Part shown: piece after piece, positions 63,703 to 64,000 of the stretch
Layout of the letters: each line of letters opens with the position of its first letter
Position numbering within the stretch: position 1 is the first letter of the stretch
Made by a program: the position numbers and the translations under genes
NCBI GenBank assembly: GCA_043228905.1
Contig: JBHGNT010000001.1
Span: forward strand, 8,556,001 to 8,620,000
Reading direction: 5' to 3'
Source: Azolla caroliniana
Lineage: Eukaryota > Plantae > Polypodiophyta
DNA: 64,000 nucleotides
The notes under the pieces: generated by a model
The model's database searches: none
Seen by the model: the letters and a program-made list of their open reading frames with translations, nothing else
What the model was told of the DNA's origin: nothing

Positions 63703-64000
63703 GTGAGTTTCTATAATGATTAAAACAATTTCTTTATTTTTCAGATCACACACACAAAAACACACGTAACATAGAGATACAATTTCTCATTTCTCAGCTA
63801 GCATACATACACACAGAAATGACTTCCTTTTAGAACTTCTTTTGCGGTGTCTTTCATCCTAACTTCATACATCGCAGTTGGACCTAATTCGTAAACATAT
63901 TGTTCAATTTTTTTTTTGCATTTCCTCTTTTATTTTACTGTAACTCATCCGTCACAGTTTGACTGATTCATCAACACGTTTTCTTGGGTAGTTTTGCAAT

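Overview
Eukaryotic, repeat-dense plant DNA, most consistent with a non-seed land plant such as a fern or lycophyte (inferred from the element types, not proven). Most of the window is transposable elements. These include a Copia running off the left edge and a full-length L1-type LINE (9853-29065, poly-A tail and 13-17 bp TSD) that hosts a very young intact Copia and a very young Gypsy. There are also two full-length copies of a second LINE family bounded by (GA)n tracts, chromovirus remnants, several solo LTRs, hAT MITEs and a retroposed chimeric insert. Host genes are few: an intronless dirigent-like gene, a two-exon orphan with a plastid/lumen-type presequence, a 48-aa membrane micro-protein and exon 1 of KEULE/SEC1. 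The most interesting signals are (i) LTRs that begin with an antisense tRNA-like Pol III A/B-box cassette followed by heat-shock elements, (ii) a well-formed -1 frameshift signal (G GAU UUU plus predicted pseudoknot) located after the protease in a tRNA-Trp-primed Gypsy with a 4-bp TSD, (iii) a LINE family that may target GA microsatellites and shares an in-frame UGA in ORF1, and (iv) a ~1.5 kb inverted repeat. All coordinates were read by eye, and no searches or folding were run.
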